Of a DNA stretch of 32,000 nt, positions 13,237-25,019 are shown one piece after another. A model generated the notes under the pieces. The model did not search any database, was not told the DNA's origin, and saw only the letters and a program-made list of their open reading frames with translations. Each line of letters opens with the position of its first letter. The first letter of the stretch is position 1. This DNA is from Candidatus Saccharimonadota bacterium (GTDB lineage: Bacteria; Pseudomonadota; Alphaproteobacteria; Rickettsiales; Anaplasmataceae), in NCBI GenBank assembly GCA_029715105.1, contig CP085695.1, positions 540,001-572,000 on the forward strand. The letters are read 5' to 3'. The translations under genes were made by a program, and so were the position numbers.

Positions 13237-13821
13237 CTAATTCCAAGACAAAAACTTACATTCTTTGCCGTAGAAAAGATTCACAATATTCCTGTGATGC
13301 TTTAAAAAAAGCAATACTGCTACAATTAAAAGAAAAAGAAACAAATCTTTTTGAAAAAATAGAGATACTATAACAGTTATAAAAATAGCTGTTAAAGAAG
13401 CAAGAGAAAAATACCGAAAAATAAAAAATATTAACAACCAAACAAATATAAAAATTAATGTCATATCAATATTAAGTGCCATTAAAACTCCTAAAGTTGT
13501 TGCAACTCCCTTCCCTCCGTTAAATTTTAACCATATTGGAAACATATGCCCTATAATCGCTAATACAGCAGATATAAAATAATGACAAATACTATAAAAC
13601 AATTGTTGTACTAAACAAACTGCAATAAACCCTTTAAAGGAATCTAAAAATAATGCTAAAATAACAAGTTTTCTATCTCTGATTGTTCTTGCAACATTTG
13701 CAACGCCAATATTTCCGGAACCCATCTCTCTCAAATCTATCCCCTTTATCTTTGCAATAATTAAACTGAATGGTATCGAGCCGAGTAGGTACGATAATAC
13801 AAAAATCATATATTTCTCCAT
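13237..13821 (-). CDS. plsY: Glycerol-3-phosphate acyltransferase PlsY
   Basis: 194 aa membrane protein with GSIPFS...GSGNIGVANV...FKGGKGVAT motifs characteristic of PlsY. It lies 11 nt downstream of the symporter gene. Confidence 0.9.
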   Translation of the reverse strand: MEKYMIFVLSYLLGSIPFSLIIAKIKGIDLREMGSGNIGVANVARTIRDRKLVILALFLDSFKGFIAVCLVQQLFYSICHYFISAVLAIIGHMFPIWLKFNGGKGVATTLGVLMALNIDMTLIFIFVWLLIFFIFRYFSLASLTAIFITVIVSLFFQKDLFLFLLIVAVLLFLKHHRNIVNLFYGKECKFLSWN

Positions 13822-13832
13822 TGCATTTATTT

Positions 13833-15314
13833 CTAACTAATCTTATCATTTTTCAATCTATTAAGATAACATTGAATTTCATCGTTAATCCTACTACTAA
13901 ATAGTATCAGTATTACCATATTAATAAGAGCCAAACAAGAAAATAAGGTTCCACCAATATTAGCAATAGCCATTATATCCTTAGAAAGACCCGAAAAAAA
14001 TGCTACAATTACCACTGCAATGCGATATATAACTATACTCCTTGCACCAAATAAATATAACCATCCCATTTCACAACAATATACAAAAGAAATCACTGAA
14101 GAAAATGCAAACAAAGGTGCAGCTACGGTCAAAAGTACTGGAAACCAAGAAGACACCGTTTCAAATGCCTTTTGAGTAATCAATACTCCTTCACCAAAAC
14201 AAGCAGTTTGATATACTCCTGTTATAACTATCGTAATTCCTGTCAAGCAGCAAATTAACATAGTATCAAAACATGGCTCTATCATTGCAACTAATCCAGT
14301 TCTAACTGGTTCTTCATCTTTAGCCACTGCATGTGTAATAGAGGCAGAACCAACACCCGCTTCACTAGCAAAAATTGCTCTCTGGATTCCAACAACAAAT
14401 GCTCCAACAACTCCTCCACCAACGGCGTTAAAATCTATCATATTAGAAAATAATATTTTAAATGTATTAACAAAATTATTAATATTGAACACAATTATAA
14501 CAATACAACTAAATATATATATAAGCGACATAATAGGTACTAGTGCAGAAGATATTCTAGCTATTCTTTTAATTCCACCTATAATCACTAAAGCAAGCAA
14601 CGTAGAAACTATAGAAGAAAGAAACCATGGATGACAATCCATCCAATTTGAATAACCAGATAATATTGAAACCATTTGATTAGTTTGAAATGCTACACTC
14701 CCACCAAGACCTGATAAAACAAAAAACACTGCATACACAGCGGCTAATATAATGCCAAGTCTTTTAAATCCAAACTCTTCAAGTCCATTTCTTATATATT
14801 GGAAAGGACCACTAAATAATCGTTCCTGATCTTCTGTTCTATGTCTAAACGCTAAAGTTACTTCAGCAAATTTCGCCGACATACCAAAAAATCCTGTAAT
14901 CATCATCCATGGTATTGCACCAGGACCCCCCATTGAAACAGCGATTGCAACACCAGCAACAGTTCCAAGGCCCACTGTACTTGAGAGCGCAGTTATGAAT
15001 GCTTGAAAATGCGTAATATGACCATCATGATGATTTGTATCATATTTTCCACATAAAACAGCAAATGCATGTTTGAGCATTCTTATATTAAGAAACTTAA
15101 AACGTAATGTTAAAAATATATAACCAAAAGCCACTAATAAAATTACAAATGGCACATGGAAAATTTTAAAAAATAATACTTCATTTACAAAATTATTTAT
15201 TATACTCAATATAATATCGTAATTTTTATACGAATCTGATGAAATAGCATATACATCATCAACACTAAACAATAAACATAACGATACTACAACACATAAC
15301 AATTTATAAATCAT
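13833..15314 (-). CDS. Sodium:alanine (amino acid) symporter, AGCS family
   Basis: HITHFQAFITALSSTVGLGTVAGVAIAVSMGGPGAIPWMMITGFFGM matches the AGCS signature region, and the protein is polytopic. I prefer ATG 15314 (AGAGG 8 nt upstream) over the upstream GTG at 15350 used in the ORF track. Confidence 0.85.
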   Translation of the reverse strand: MIYKLLCVVVSLCLLFSVDDVYAISSDSYKNYDIILSIINNFVNEVLFFKIFHVPFVILLVAFGYIFLTLRFKFLNIRMLKHAFAVLCGKYDTNHHDGHITHFQAFITALSSTVGLGTVAGVAIAVSMGGPGAIPWMMITGFFGMSAKFAEVTLAFRHRTEDQERLFSGPFQYIRNGLEEFGFKRLGIILAAVYAVFFVLSGLGGSVAFQTNQMVSILSGYSNWMDCHPWFLSSIVSTLLALVIIGGIKRIARISSALVPIMSLIYIFSCIVIIVFNINNFVNTFKILFSNMIDFNAVGGGVVGAFVVGIQRAIFASEAGVGSASITHAVAKDEEPVRTGLVAMIEPCFDTMLICCLTGITIVITGVYQTACFGEGVLITQKAFETVSSWFPVLLTVAAPLFAFSSVISFVYCCEMGWLYLFGARSIVIYRIAVVIVAFFSGLSKDIMAIANIGGTLFSCLALINMVILILFSSRINDEIQCYLNRLKNDKIS

Positions 15315-16078
15315 GATTAATACCTCTTGAACGACGACAAAATTTATCACATTTAAAACTTCCTTCTTTACAAAGCACTACCAATATAACACCTGAAATC
15401 GTAAAATGTAAATAAACCTGTTACCTAAATAAAAAATTCATTTTGTAATTTTAAAAATTGATTTACAAAATAAAAATAAAAATACCAATGAATTTAAATT
15501 CAAACGCATAACACTCTCTATAGGAATATAAAAAAATAATACATACGTAACAGTCCCCATAGTGAACAAATGATAAATTACATCGCTAAAATGCAAAATA
15601 AATTGACCTACTAAACTAGAACAAAATACAAATCCTAACTTTATAAATCTTCCTAAAACACAGCTTCAACACTACTCCAATTTTTAATTGAACCTCACTT
15701 ATCTTCAATAGATAGAGCAGTTTCAAATACAGCAAAATTTAATGCCACATTAATAATAATCAAATAAATACTATATAACTTTTTAGTTTTATTACGAATT
15801 TTGTACTTAGCACATATGAATAAACTTAGCTATTATTACTTATTTTGAATAAATAATCATAAATTCCCAACAAAATTATATAAACAATTCACAAAACTTT
15901 CATGCTACCCCACGACTTATAACTTTTTATAATTTAAAATTATATAAATTCTTTCTTAGATCATTTTACAATAAAACAAATAAACAAAATTTGCTAAAAG
16001 CTAATAGTAAATATAGTCACTAAACTAAAACAAATTAATAAAATTTCTTTAAAAATTTCACATTTTATAAAGTTTTAT

Positions 16079-16855
16079 TTAACTATGAACTTTATAAGTA
16101 TAGTATATATACTGCCCAATACTTACTGGAATGGTTAATACATATAACATACCGAGAACCGGTAAAGTGATCCAAGGTTTACTTACAAAAAGTACAATGA
16201 ATACTCCAAAAAATGATACAAATATATAAGATAAACTCCTAGGAATATAGATATACTTTGCAGAAAAAGTCGGAATATGACTAACTGAAAAAAAAGAAAT
16301 AACTAAAAAATAACAAGCTATATTTCTTATATTAAAAAATTGCTCCATAAAAAACAGATACTCACTCTCATTAGATTGAAACGTAATAATTATAGGGAGT
16401 AAAGAAAGTAAAGCGCATATTGGTGCTGGAACACCGGAAAAGAAAAATTTCTTCCAATCGAGTTGCTTTACATTTAGCAATACGTTAAATCTTGCAAGCC
16501 TTATTGAAATACAAATAACATATATCATTACTAATATCCACCCTATAACTTTAATTTCCTTTAATTTCCAAAAATATAAAAGAAATGCAGGTGCAGTACC
16601 AAAATTCAAAAAATCTGCAAAAGAATCAAGCTGTGCTCCAAAATCACTAGTCAATTTTAAAATCCTAGCTATTCTACCATCCATTCCATCTATTATTGCC
16701 GCAATAATAATAAAAATTACTGCAAATTCCCATTGCTCATTAAATGTAAACTTAAGCGAGGTAAGACCAGAACATAAACCCAATAAGGTTATAAAACTCG
16801 GAAATAATTTAGCAATAGGTAAAAACCCATTGTTGTTTCCATTATTATTACTCAT
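16079..16855 (-). CDS. pssA: CDP-diacylglycerol--serine O-phosphatidyltransferase (phosphatidylserine synthase)
   Basis: The CDP-alcohol phosphatidyltransferase motif is [26 protein letters not shown]. Its ATG overlaps the psd stop (ATGA, 16852-16855). Confidence 0.9.
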   Translation of the reverse strand: MSNNNGNNNGFLPIAKLFPSFITLLGLCSGLTSLKFTFNEQWEFAVIFIIIAAIIDGMDGRIARILKLTSDFGAQLDSFADFLNFGTAPAFLLYFWKLKEIKVIGWILVMIYVICISIRLARFNVLLNVKQLDWKKFFFSGVPAPICALLSLLPIIITFQSNESEYLFFMEQFFNIRNIACYFLVISFFSVSHIPTFSAKYIYIPRSLSYIFVSFFGVFIVLFVSKPWITLPVLGMLYVLTIPVSIGQYIYYTYKVHS

Positions 16856-17544
16856 ATAATACTGAAAGTATATTCTTTAACGCTTTTTTCCTTACTCAAA
16901 TCTGCTATAATTGTTTCACCTCCAACAACGGTCTGTCCCTTAGAAACTCTTATTTCTATATTAATTGGGACATAAATATTTACCCTACTACCAAACCTTA
17001 TAATTCCAAATCTTTCACCAGCCTTTACGCATTGAGATACACTTAAATTACAAACAACGCGACGTGCAATTAGTCCAGCTATCTGTTCCACAATAACCTT
17101 CTTTCCATTTTCACACTCAACAACAACAACTTGCTTTTCATTTTCACTAATAGATTTATTACTTATTGCAGATATAAATCTGCCTTTTTTATAATGCATC
17201 TCTTTCACTATACCAGATATTGGTATGCGATTTACATGTACGTTTAAAATATTCAAAAATATACTGATAAGTATAAACTTTTCTTCTTTTTCGCTCTCTT
17301 CTAATGAAGAATAACTTACTTCTTCAATCTTTGAAATCACACCGTCTGCAGGACTTAATATAAAATCCTTATCACACGGAACAACTCTTACAGGATCGCG
17401 AAAAAAATAAATACATAATAACATTGGGAAAAAACACATAACACCAAAAGTCCATGATATAGAAAATGCCGTACATGTTACTACAAAAAAAAACACTATA
17501 AATAAATAACCTTCCTTATTTACCATAATTCTAAAATTTATCAC
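16852..17544 (-). CDS. psd: Phosphatidylserine decarboxylase proenzyme (short form)
   Basis: About 230 aa with an N-terminal TM segment. The FGSR self-cleavage-type site is at ...[14 protein letters not shown]. It is translationally coupled to pssA. ATG 17526 is an alternative to GTG 17544. Confidence 0.88.
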   Translation of the reverse strand: MINFRIMVNKEGYLFIVFFFVVTCTAFSISWTFGVMCFFPMLLCIYFFRDPVRVVPCDKDFILSPADGVISKIEEVSYSSLEESEKEEKFILISIFLNILNVHVNRIPISGIVKEMHYKKGRFISAISNKSISENEKQVVVVECENGKKVIVEQIAGLIARRVVCNLSVSQCVKAGERFGIIRFGSRVNIYVPINIEIRVSKGQTVVGGETIIADLSKEKSVKEYTFSII

Positions 17545-17896
17545 TTGTATTACGATAACTTACCATTTATCAATATTTATGGAAAGTTTTTATTTACATA
17601 TCAATACAAGGCTTTTCTATTTAAAATGTAAAAATAAAATTAACTAATAATTCATCATACTCATTCCATCAATCTTAATCTTATAAAGACAAAATAAACA
17701 AAAAGATAATAATGTGAAATAATTTCTTAAAATAATTCTTAAATGCATCATTACATGGAAAATATTATATAAAATCAGTAACTTAACATCGCAATTAACC
17801 CACAATTTATATATCTAAATATTAGAAGCAAATTCTTATGTTGATAACAGAGGAGTTTTAATATGAAAAAAATACCACACCCCAATAATAATTAAA

Positions 17897-19087
17897 TCAA
17901 TTTAATGTCTTACATGCATTAACAATACTATTACATCCGATTTCTAATTTTCTCTGAGAGGAGGCATAAGAAACTCTAATAAAATTTTCAAGCCCAAACA
18001 TCACTCCTGGAACTACAGCAACTAAATAATCTTCTAATAAATATTCCGTAAAATCTAAATCATTATTTATCACTTTACCACTTTTTGTACTCCTACCTAA
18101 TAAACCTTCACATGAAAATAATAAATAAAATGTTCCTTGCGGAGTAAATACTGATAATCCTGGAGCTAAACTTAGTTTTTCTATTACAAAATCCCTGCGA
18201 TCCTTAAAAATTTTTGTTCTTTCTTTTAAAAAATTATGACTGCCATTTAAAGCTTCAACTGCCGCTGCCTGTGCTATAGAATTCGGATTAGAAGTACTCT
18301 GAGACTGAATCATAGAAATAGCTCTTATTATATCACTTTCACCAGCAATATAACCTATTCTCCAACCAGTCATCGCATAAGCCTTCGATATCCCGTTAAC
18401 TATAAAAACTCTTTTATGAAGTCTAGGTTCAACCTGAGCAATAGTAAAAAATCTACTATCATATAATATAAATTCATAAATATCATCTGTAATAACATTT
18501 ATACTGGGATATTCAAGCAATACTTGAGCTATTTTACTCAACTCATCATACGTATAAACAATTCCTGCTGGATTATTCGGCGAATTAATAATTAACCACT
18601 TAGTTTTTTTAGTTATTTTATTTCTTAGTAATTCCGGGGTTAACTTAAAGTCCTGCTTACACTTTATTACAATAGGTAATCCACCAAAAAGACTTACCAT
18701 ATCAAAATACGAAGCCCAATAAGGAGCTGGGATTATAACTTCATCCCCAGGATTAATTGTCGCCATAAATAAATTAAATAACACCTGTTTAGCACCATTA
18801 CCAACGCAAATCTGATCAAGCGCATACTCAAGATTATTATCTCTTTTTAACTTATCAATTATTGCCTCTTTAAGTTCACGTGTTCCATCAACAGCAGTAT
18901 ATTTAGTTTTACCATCATTTATTGCCTGAATAGCTGCCTTTTTTATATGATTTGGAGTATCAAAATCAGGTTCCCCTGCAGATAAAATACAAATATTTTT
19001 CCCCATAGCTCTCATATTATTCGCCTTATCTGTTATGGTAATTGTAGGTGATGGCTTTATTAAAGAAATCCTATCCGCAACTAGCAT
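17897..19087 (-). CDS. aatA: Aspartate aminotransferase (class I PLP-dependent aminotransferase)
   Basis: 396 aa with SAGEPDFDTP, NSPNNPAG and the PLP-lysine block SKAYAMTGWRIGY. Confidence 0.9.
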   Translation of the reverse strand: MLVADRISLIKPSPTITITDKANNMRAMGKNICILSAGEPDFDTPNHIKKAAIQAINDGKTKYTAVDGTRELKEAIIDKLKRDNNLEYALDQICVGNGAKQVLFNLFMATINPGDEVIIPAPYWASYFDMVSLFGGLPIVIKCKQDFKLTPELLRNKITKKTKWLIINSPNNPAGIVYTYDELSKIAQVLLEYPSINVITDDIYEFILYDSRFFTIAQVEPRLHKRVFIVNGISKAYAMTGWRIGYIAGESDIIRAISMIQSQSTSNPNSIAQAAAVEALNGSHNFLKERTKIFKDRRDFVIEKLSLAPGLSVFTPQGTFYLLFSCEGLLGRSTKSGKVINNDLDFTEYLLEDYLVAVVPGVMFGLENFIRVSYASSQRKLEIGCNSIVNACKTLN

Positions 19088-19531
19088 ACAATCTTATCAA
19101 AATAAAATTAAAATTTTAAACCTAATATAATAAAAGTTTAAATTCTATTAAGAAAATAGAAAATAAATTCACGGAATGATCACACCTCTACTATTCTTAA
19201 TACCTCCAAAATTTTACCCTGAAAATAAATTGTAAAATTAATATTGCATTCTTAACTCTATAAAAATCTACAAAATTAATTAACTAAATTCCAAATTATA
19301 ATGTGTTTATTAATTATTATACAAACAAAAATTTAAATAACGACAAAATCATAACCTATTAATAAGTTTTCTTAATAAAATTAAAATATATTGAAACTTA
19401 TTACTTCAGTAATACACATATCACCATTTTTATATCTATTCATAATTTTATCTTAGCAAAATTATTTACTTTCTTGATAAGCTTGATAAAACTTAAATCA
19501 ATTGATTTTTATAATAAATATTTCTGCTGAA

Positions 19532-20242
19532 ATGTTACTGCTAAAACTTACACGTCTCTCTTTTTTTTTTAAAAAAGTTCTACCTTGGCTTTGCACTGCA
19601 TGTTTTACATTCTTTCTAATTGGAATATTTTTATCTTTATTTTCTTCACCGGAAGATTATAAACAAGGAGAAATTGTAAAAATTATGTACCTTCATGTAC
19701 CCTCTGCATGGCTTTCTCTTGGAATATATTTATTAATTGCAATACTCAGTTTTATCTTTTTAATTTGGGACAATAGCATTGCTAGTATTTTAGCTCGTGC
19801 AGCCGCTTCAGCAGGAATAATTTTTTCTATAATGTGCTTGATTACAGGTTGCATCTGGGGGAAAGGAACCTGGGGAACTTGGTGGGTTTGGGATGCGAGA
19901 CTCACTTCAACGTTAATTTTGTTCTTCTTATATATTGGATACTTTTCACTATGGAGTACTTTTGATAATGAAGAAAGAGCAAAAAAATCAGCGGCAATAT
20001 TTGCAATATTTAGTGCTATAAATATTCCAATAGTAAAATTTTCTGTAAATCTATGGACCACTCTCCATCAACCAGCAAGTATTCTTAAAAACGGTAAGAT
20101 AGCAATAGAAAGTTCTCTACTATTACCGCTAATCATAATGTTTATATTTTACATTATATTATTTTTAATAATATGGATATATCATTCACTTCATCTAATT
20201 AACCTGTATAAAATAAAAAGAAAAATTAATATAAAATATTAA
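19532..20242 (+). CDS. ccmC: Heme exporter protein CcmC (cytochrome c maturation)
   Basis: The Trp-rich heme-handling motif is WGKGTWGTWWVWDARLTS, with MYLHVPSAW upstream, in a polytopic protein. ATG 19532 is preferred over the TTG at 19502 used in the ORF track. Confidence 0.87.
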   Translation: MLLLKLTRLSFFFKKVLPWLCTACFTFFLIGIFLSLFSSPEDYKQGEIVKIMYLHVPSAWLSLGIYLLIAILSFIFLIWDNSIASILARAAASAGIIFSIMCLITGCIWGKGTWGTWWVWDARLTSTLILFFLYIGYFSLWSTFDNEERAKKSAAIFAIFSAINIPIVKFSVNLWTTLHQPASILKNGKIAIESSLLLPLIIMFIFYIILFLIIWIYHSLHLINLYKIKRKINIKY

Positions 20243-20825
20243 AGATAATAGTTCAATCATATTATATCAATAGAGTCAATAAACAACTCTTCTCTCTATT
20301 TATATTAGAACTTAATATATTAAAACTTTTTATTTTTATAAAAAACATCAAATAATTTTCAAAATCTTTCAATTAAAAAATCCCACCCAGTATTTTTATT
20401 CACTAATTTTATCCATCAAATTTCTAATTTGAGAATTTTTTAATTTTCTAAATTTTTCAAAATCAAAATACTCTAAATAAAAATTACTTTCTATTTATAA
20501 TGCTATACATTGTACTACTTCTACATAGCTATAAATATAACAAAACCCTTATAAGAAAAAAAAAGAAAACTAATTATTTAATAACCAATCAAAATAAAAC
20601 CTCACCCTGCTTTTAGAATTAAAACCATTTACTTTTAAAATAGAACCTTTTTAAAACAAAATTCTTATTAAAAATATACATACGTTCAGTAACAGGGGAG
20701 GTCAATATAAAACTTCGCAAAATATTTTACTCGAAATCCACAAAATTCTAATGAACAATTAAAAGTAAAATTTTTATATTTAAAAAATTGATATATACTT
20801 TATTACTAGAATAATCTTTCTTAAG

Positions 20826-22349
20826 ATGCAAGATCTCAAAATATTAAAAAATCTAAAAATTAAAACAATAGAAGCTGAAAAAGGAGGAGGCTCTGACAAA
20901 ATCAAGAAACAACATGCAAAAGGAAAACTAACCGCCAGAGAAAGATTAAATATACTCCTAGATGAAAATTCATTTGAAGAATACGATAAATTTATGAGAC
21001 ACCATGCTACTAATTTTGGCATGCAAAATACCAATTTTCTAGGTGATGGAGTCATAACTGGACATGGCACTATTTATGGTAGAAAAGTTTTTGTTTATTC
21101 TCAAGATTTTACTGTTTTTGGTGGATCACTTGGTGCATCACACGCAAAAAAAATATGTAAAATTATGGATATGGCAATCAATACGAGAACTCCAATTATA
21201 GGATTAAATGACTCTGGTGGAGCAAGAATTCAAGAAGGAGTAGATTCCCTTGCTGGCTATGGAGAAATCTTTCAAAGAAATGTAAACGCATCAGGCGTTA
21301 TACCACAAATTTCTCTAATCATGGGTCCATGCGCAGGTGGTGCCGTTTATTCTCCAGCATTAACTGATTTTATCTTCATGGTAAAAAACAGCTCATATAT
21401 GTTCATAACAGGACCAGATGTAGTAAAAAAAGTTACATATGAAAATGTAAGCTACGAAGACCTTGGTGGAGCAAAAACTCATACAAGTAAAACAGGAGTT
21501 GCAGATTTTGCATTTAATAATGATATTGAAATGCTATTAAAAATACGAGAGTTTCTAACTTTTTTACCTGCAAATAATCAAGAATCTCCAAAATCTATAT
21601 CAACTAGTGATATTGATGATATTGATGAATCTTTAAATACTCTAATTCCTAATAACCCGAATACTCCTTATGATATGTATGAACTAATCGAAAAAATATG
21701 TGATGAAAAAAATTTTTTTGAATTAAAGCCTGACTTCGCTCGTAATATCATAATTGGTTTTGGTAGAATCGATGGTAATACTATTGGTATTGTTGCAAAT
21801 CAACCTATATACCTCGCAGGATGCCTAGATATTAATTCTTCAAGAAAAGCTGCAAGATTCATAAGATTCTGCGATGCATTTAATATACCCATTATCACAC
21901 TTATCGATATTCCAGGTTTTTTACCTGGTATATATCAGGAACATAATAATATAATACAACACGGAGCAAAATTACTTTATGCTTATGCTGAAGCAACTGT
22001 AGTAAAAATCAGTCTCATCACTAGAAAAGCATATGGTGGCGGATATATTGTCATGAATTCTAAACATCTAAGAGGAGACATAAATTATGCCTGGCCAACC
22101 GCTGAAATAGCAGTTATGGGACCAGAAAGTGCGATCGAAATTATATTTCGAAATAAAAAATGCGAACAAACTCTTATTAAAGAGTATAAGAAAAAATTTG
22201 CTAACCCATTTTTTGCTGCATCGCATGGGTATATCGACAGTATAATAGTACCAAGTAAAACAAAATACCACCTTCGCAAGGCGCTAAAACTATTAAAAAA
22301 TAAGAAAGTAAATAGAATATGGAAAAAACATGACAATCTACCTTTATAA
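20826..22349 (+). CDS. pccB: Propionyl-CoA carboxylase beta chain (carboxyltransferase subunit)
   Basis: 507 aa. [13 protein letters not shown]...[10 protein letters not shown]...SGGARIQEG...[17 protein letters not shown] is typical of the acyl-CoA carboxylase carboxyltransferase family. No biotin-carboxylase partner is adjacent. Confidence 0.9.
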   Translation: MQDLKILKNLKIKTIEAEKGGGSDKIKKQHAKGKLTARERLNILLDENSFEEYDKFMRHHATNFGMQNTNFLGDGVITGHGTIYGRKVFVYSQDFTVFGGSLGASHAKKICKIMDMAINTRTPIIGLNDSGGARIQEGVDSLAGYGEIFQRNVNASGVIPQISLIMGPCAGGAVYSPALTDFIFMVKNSSYMFITGPDVVKKVTYENVSYEDLGGAKTHTSKTGVADFAFNNDIEMLLKIREFLTFLPANNQESPKSISTSDIDDIDESLNTLIPNNPNTPYDMYELIEKICDEKNFFELKPDFARNIIIGFGRIDGNTIGIVANQPIYLAGCLDINSSRKAARFIRFCDAFNIPIITLIDIPGFLPGIYQEHNNIIQHGAKLLYAYAEATVVKISLITRKAYGGGYIVMNSKHLRGDINYAWPTAEIAVMGPESAIEIIFRNKKCEQTLIKEYKKKFANPFFAASHGYIDSIIVPSKTKYHLRKALKLLKNKKVNRIWKKHDNLPL

Positions 22350-22783
22350 AAACTTTTTCTAAATTTAAAAGTTATAACAGATTAGAAATTAAATACCTCA
22401 AACTACACCACAAAAACAAAACTCCAAAAATAATATTATCTGTGTTACCATTTTATAAATTTCTAGAAATAGAAATGAGTAAAACTCAGAATTTTCTGAT
22501 GTTCCTTCTAGTATAAATACACATTAAAATTAAGACTCATATAAAATATGAACATTGTTTAATCTAAGTCACACAAGATAACACCACATACAAAGTCTCT
22601 ATAAACTTTTTAAAAAGTCATATAAATAAAAAACAAAACAATTAATAAAACATATCTCTTTTCTTAAAATTCTGCAAAATTGCAAAATCAATAAAAATTC
22701 TATCAAAATAAACATAAAACAAATTTGATAAAAATTATGTTTATAATATAATAAAAGCACACATTTACATAATGGGTTTAATG

Positions 22784-22856
22784 TGCCGCTACCAAGACTC
22801 GAACTTAGGACCTCGTCATTACCAATGACGCGCTCTACCACCTGAGCTATAACGGC
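22784..22856 (-). tRNA. tRNA-Thr (anticodon GGU)
   Basis: The reverse complement is GCCGTTATAGCTCAGGTGGTAGAGCGCGTCATTGGTAATGACGAGGTCCTAAGTTCGAGTCTTGGTAGCGGCA. It has a 7-bp acceptor stem, a D-loop AGCTCAGGTGGTAGAGC, an anticodon stem CGTCA/TGACG with loop TTGGTAA, and a T-arm GGTCC...GTTCGAGTC. CCA is not encoded. Confidence 0.92.
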
Positions 22857-23186
22857 AAAATTTATATACATATATAATGATGAGTAACATAAAAAAAATA
22901 AAAAGAGAAGAAATAAAAAAAAGATTAGCAAAAGCTTTAAAACAAAATATCTTAAAAAGAAAAAAACAGCAATACTTTAAACAACAAAATCAAAATATCA
23001 AAAACTATCAAAAATAGTTTTCAAGTTTTTATTGATAAGGCAAAACAAATAAACAAATCAATACATAAAAACAATATACAGAATACAAAAATCATAATAA
23101 TAAAAATTACACATAACTATAAATCACCACTATACTTAACCTCCCCATTTGTTACTCCTACTACACCCACATACTAAATGTGTAAT

Positions 23187-25019
23187 TTATTTTTCTTTAT
23201 TTTCAGTCTTTTTTGCACGTTTACGTTTATTTGGATTAAGAAGTTTTTTTCGTAAACGTATGGATTTTGGAGTGACCTCTACTAATTCATCATCATCTAT
23301 ATATGATATCATTTCCTCTAGAGTCATTATTTTTGGTGGGATAAGTTTTATTGCCTCATCGCTACCTGTAGCTCTTATATTTGTTAATTGTTTACTTTTT
23401 AATACGTTTACTTCTAAATCATTGTCACGGTTGTGTTGACCGACAATCATACCGCAATATACTTTATCTTGCGGCTTAATGAACATAATTCCTCTATCTT
23501 GTAAATTAAAGATTGCATACGCTACAGCTTCACCTTTATCAGTAGAAATTAGTACTCCGTTACGTCTTTTAGAAATTTGACCTTTATAGGGGGCATAATT
23601 ATGAAACGATCGATTAATTATACCAGTGCCGTGAGAATCGGTTAAGAATTCTCCTTGATAACCTATTAATCCCCTTGATGGCACTAAAAGTGTTATTCTT
23701 ATTCTATCATTTTCAAAATGTTTTATATCAATTACTTCTCCCTTTCGGAAACTGAGTTTTTCAATAATAATTCCGCTATATTTAGCATCTGTATCAATTA
23801 TTACCTTTTCTATAGGTTCAAGTTTTTTGCCATTTTCTTCTTTGAAGAGGATTCGAGGGCGAGAGACAGAAAGTTCAAAACCTTCTCTTCTCATATTTTC
23901 AATTAAAACTCCAAGTTGTAATTCGCCACGTCCATTAACTTCGAAAGCTTCGCCGTTTTGTAATGTAGTTACAGTAATAGCAACATTTGTTTCAGCTTCT
24001 GCATACAAACGGTTTTTTGTGAGAGTATGGGTGAGTTTTGTTCCCTCCTGTCCGGCAAAAGGTGAATCATTAACACTTATAGTGATTGCCATTGTTGGAG
24101 GATCAATAGAAATAGATCTTATTGCAGTTGTAGTTCCTGGTGCTGCTATAGTATCTGAAACTGAGGCTTTTTCAAGTCCTGCAATTGTTATTATGTCCCC
24201 AGCTACAGCTCGTTCTACTGGAACGCGTTTTAAACCAGAAAATGATAGTAATTTTGTCAATTTACCTTGTTCAACTACTTTATTATTAATATTAAGTACT
24301 TTGATATCGGAATTGATTTTTGCAATTCCTTGATAAATTTTTCCAGTTAATATTTTACCAAGAAACTTATTAGATTCAAGTAAAGTAACTAGCATAGCAA
24401 AGGGTGCGGCTTGATCATAAACAAATGGTTTTATATAATTTACAATTGTTGAGAATAATGGGTTTAAATTTTCCCTTTTATCAGAAAGTTTTTCGATACA
24501 CCAGCCATTTTTACCAGAGGCATATAATATTGGAAAATTAAGCTGTTCATTGGTTATATCGAAGCTAAAAAACAATTCGTATATTTCGTTTAATATTTCA
24601 TTGATTCTTTCATCTGATCGATCAATCTTATTGATTATTACAATAGGCTTTAAATTTGCTTTTAGGGCTTTTGATAATACGAATTTAGTTTGCGGCATGG
24701 GGCCTTCTGTAGCGTCAATCAAAAGCAATACACCATCTGCCATGCATAATACTCTTTCTACTTCTCCACTGAAGTCTGCATGTCCAGGTGTATCGATAAT
24801 ATTAATTTTTTTATTATTCCATATAATGGATGTGCATTTTGCAAATATGGTAATTCCACGCTCACGTTCTTGATCATTGTTATCCATTACTCGTTCCTGT
24901 ATTTCTTGATTTTTACGAAACGCACCACTTTGTTTTAACATATTATCAAGTAAAGTAGTTTTTCCATGATCAACATGAGCAACTATTGCAATGTTGTGGA
25001 TAGATTCAAATTCATTCAT
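23187..25019 (-). CDS. typA: Translational GTPase TypA/BipA
   Basis: 610 aa with G1 AHVDHGKTT, G3 DTPGHADF and G4 NKID. The EF-G-like domain order and the basic C-terminal tail are typical of BipA. Confidence 0.95.
   Translation of the reverse strand: MNEFESIHNIAIVAHVDHGKTTLLDNMLKQSGAFRKNQEIQERVMDNNDQERERGITIFAKCTSIIWNNKKINIIDTPGHADFSGEVERVLCMADGVLLLIDATEGPMPQTKFVLSKALKANLKPIVIINKIDRSDERINEILNEIYELFFSFDITNEQLNFPILYASGKNGWCIEKLSDKRENLNPLFSTIVNYIKPFVYDQAAPFAMLVTLLESNKFLGKILTGKIYQGIAKINSDIKVLNINNKVVEQGKLTKLLSFSGLKRVPVERAVAGDIITIAGLEKASVSDTIAAPGTTTAIRSISIDPPTMAITISVNDSPFAGQEGTKLTHTLTKNRLYAEAETNVAITVTTLQNGEAFEVNGRGELQLGVLIENMRREGFELSVSRPRILFKEENGKKLEPIEKVIIDTDAKYSGIIIEKLSFRKGEVIDIKHFENDRIRITLLVPSRGLIGYQGEFLTDSHGTGIINRSFHNYAPYKGQISKRRNGVLISTDKGEAVAYAIFNLQDRGIMFIKPQDKVYCGMIVGQHNRDNDLEVNVLKSKQLTNIRATGSDEAIKLIPPKIMTLEEMISYIDDDELVEVTPKSIRLRKKLLNPNKRKRAKKTENKEK

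Noticed and set aside
17850-17895. A strong Shine-Dalgarno match (GAGGAG) 7 nt before ATG 17863, opening a 10-codon mini-ORF MKKIPHPNNN that ends next to the aatA stop.
   Set aside because: It is too short to evaluate and nothing follows it on the + strand. It is most simply a chance match or the stump of a decayed gene.
19693-20061. 122-aa antisense ORF in ccmC. Similar antisense ORFs occur in ubiH-family (27399..27752), nrdA (11474..11779), virD4 (28284..28490, 28857..29048, 29282..29470), pccB (20780..21070, 22068..22271, 22085..22336), tal (1647..1871), htpG (450..632), ruvX (12312..12533), plsY (13256..13441) and mrp (25805..25990).
   Set aside because: Each is nested in or opposite a gene with clear family motifs on the other strand or in another frame. 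None shows a domain signature or a credible RBS.
20733-20741. Scattered DnaA-box-like 9-mers: AAATCCACA here, CTATCCACT at about 27983-27991, and AAATCCACT at about 1042-1050.
   Set aside because: They match only 6-7 of 9 positions, are not clustered, and fall in different spacers. This is not evidence for an origin on its own.
22599-22931. 110-aa ORF on the minus strand.
   Set aside because: It runs straight through tRNA-Thr (22784-22856), and the rest is F/L/Y/I-rich translation of AT-rich spacer.
23104-23188. 11-bp inverted repeat AAATTACACAT (23104-23114) and ATGTGTAATTT (23178-23188) spanning the typA stop codon.
   Set aside because: The 63-nt loop and the lack of a U-tract make it a poor terminator. 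A single 11-bp AT-rich inverted repeat at this distance is within chance expectation.
23149-24873. Antisense ORFs within typA (23149..23439, 23718..23906, 23827..24333 at 168 aa, 24550..24873).
   Set aside because: They are all opposite a well-conserved, full-length typA and have no recognisable motifs. Long antisense frames are common opposite genes that are locally richer in GC than their surroundings.
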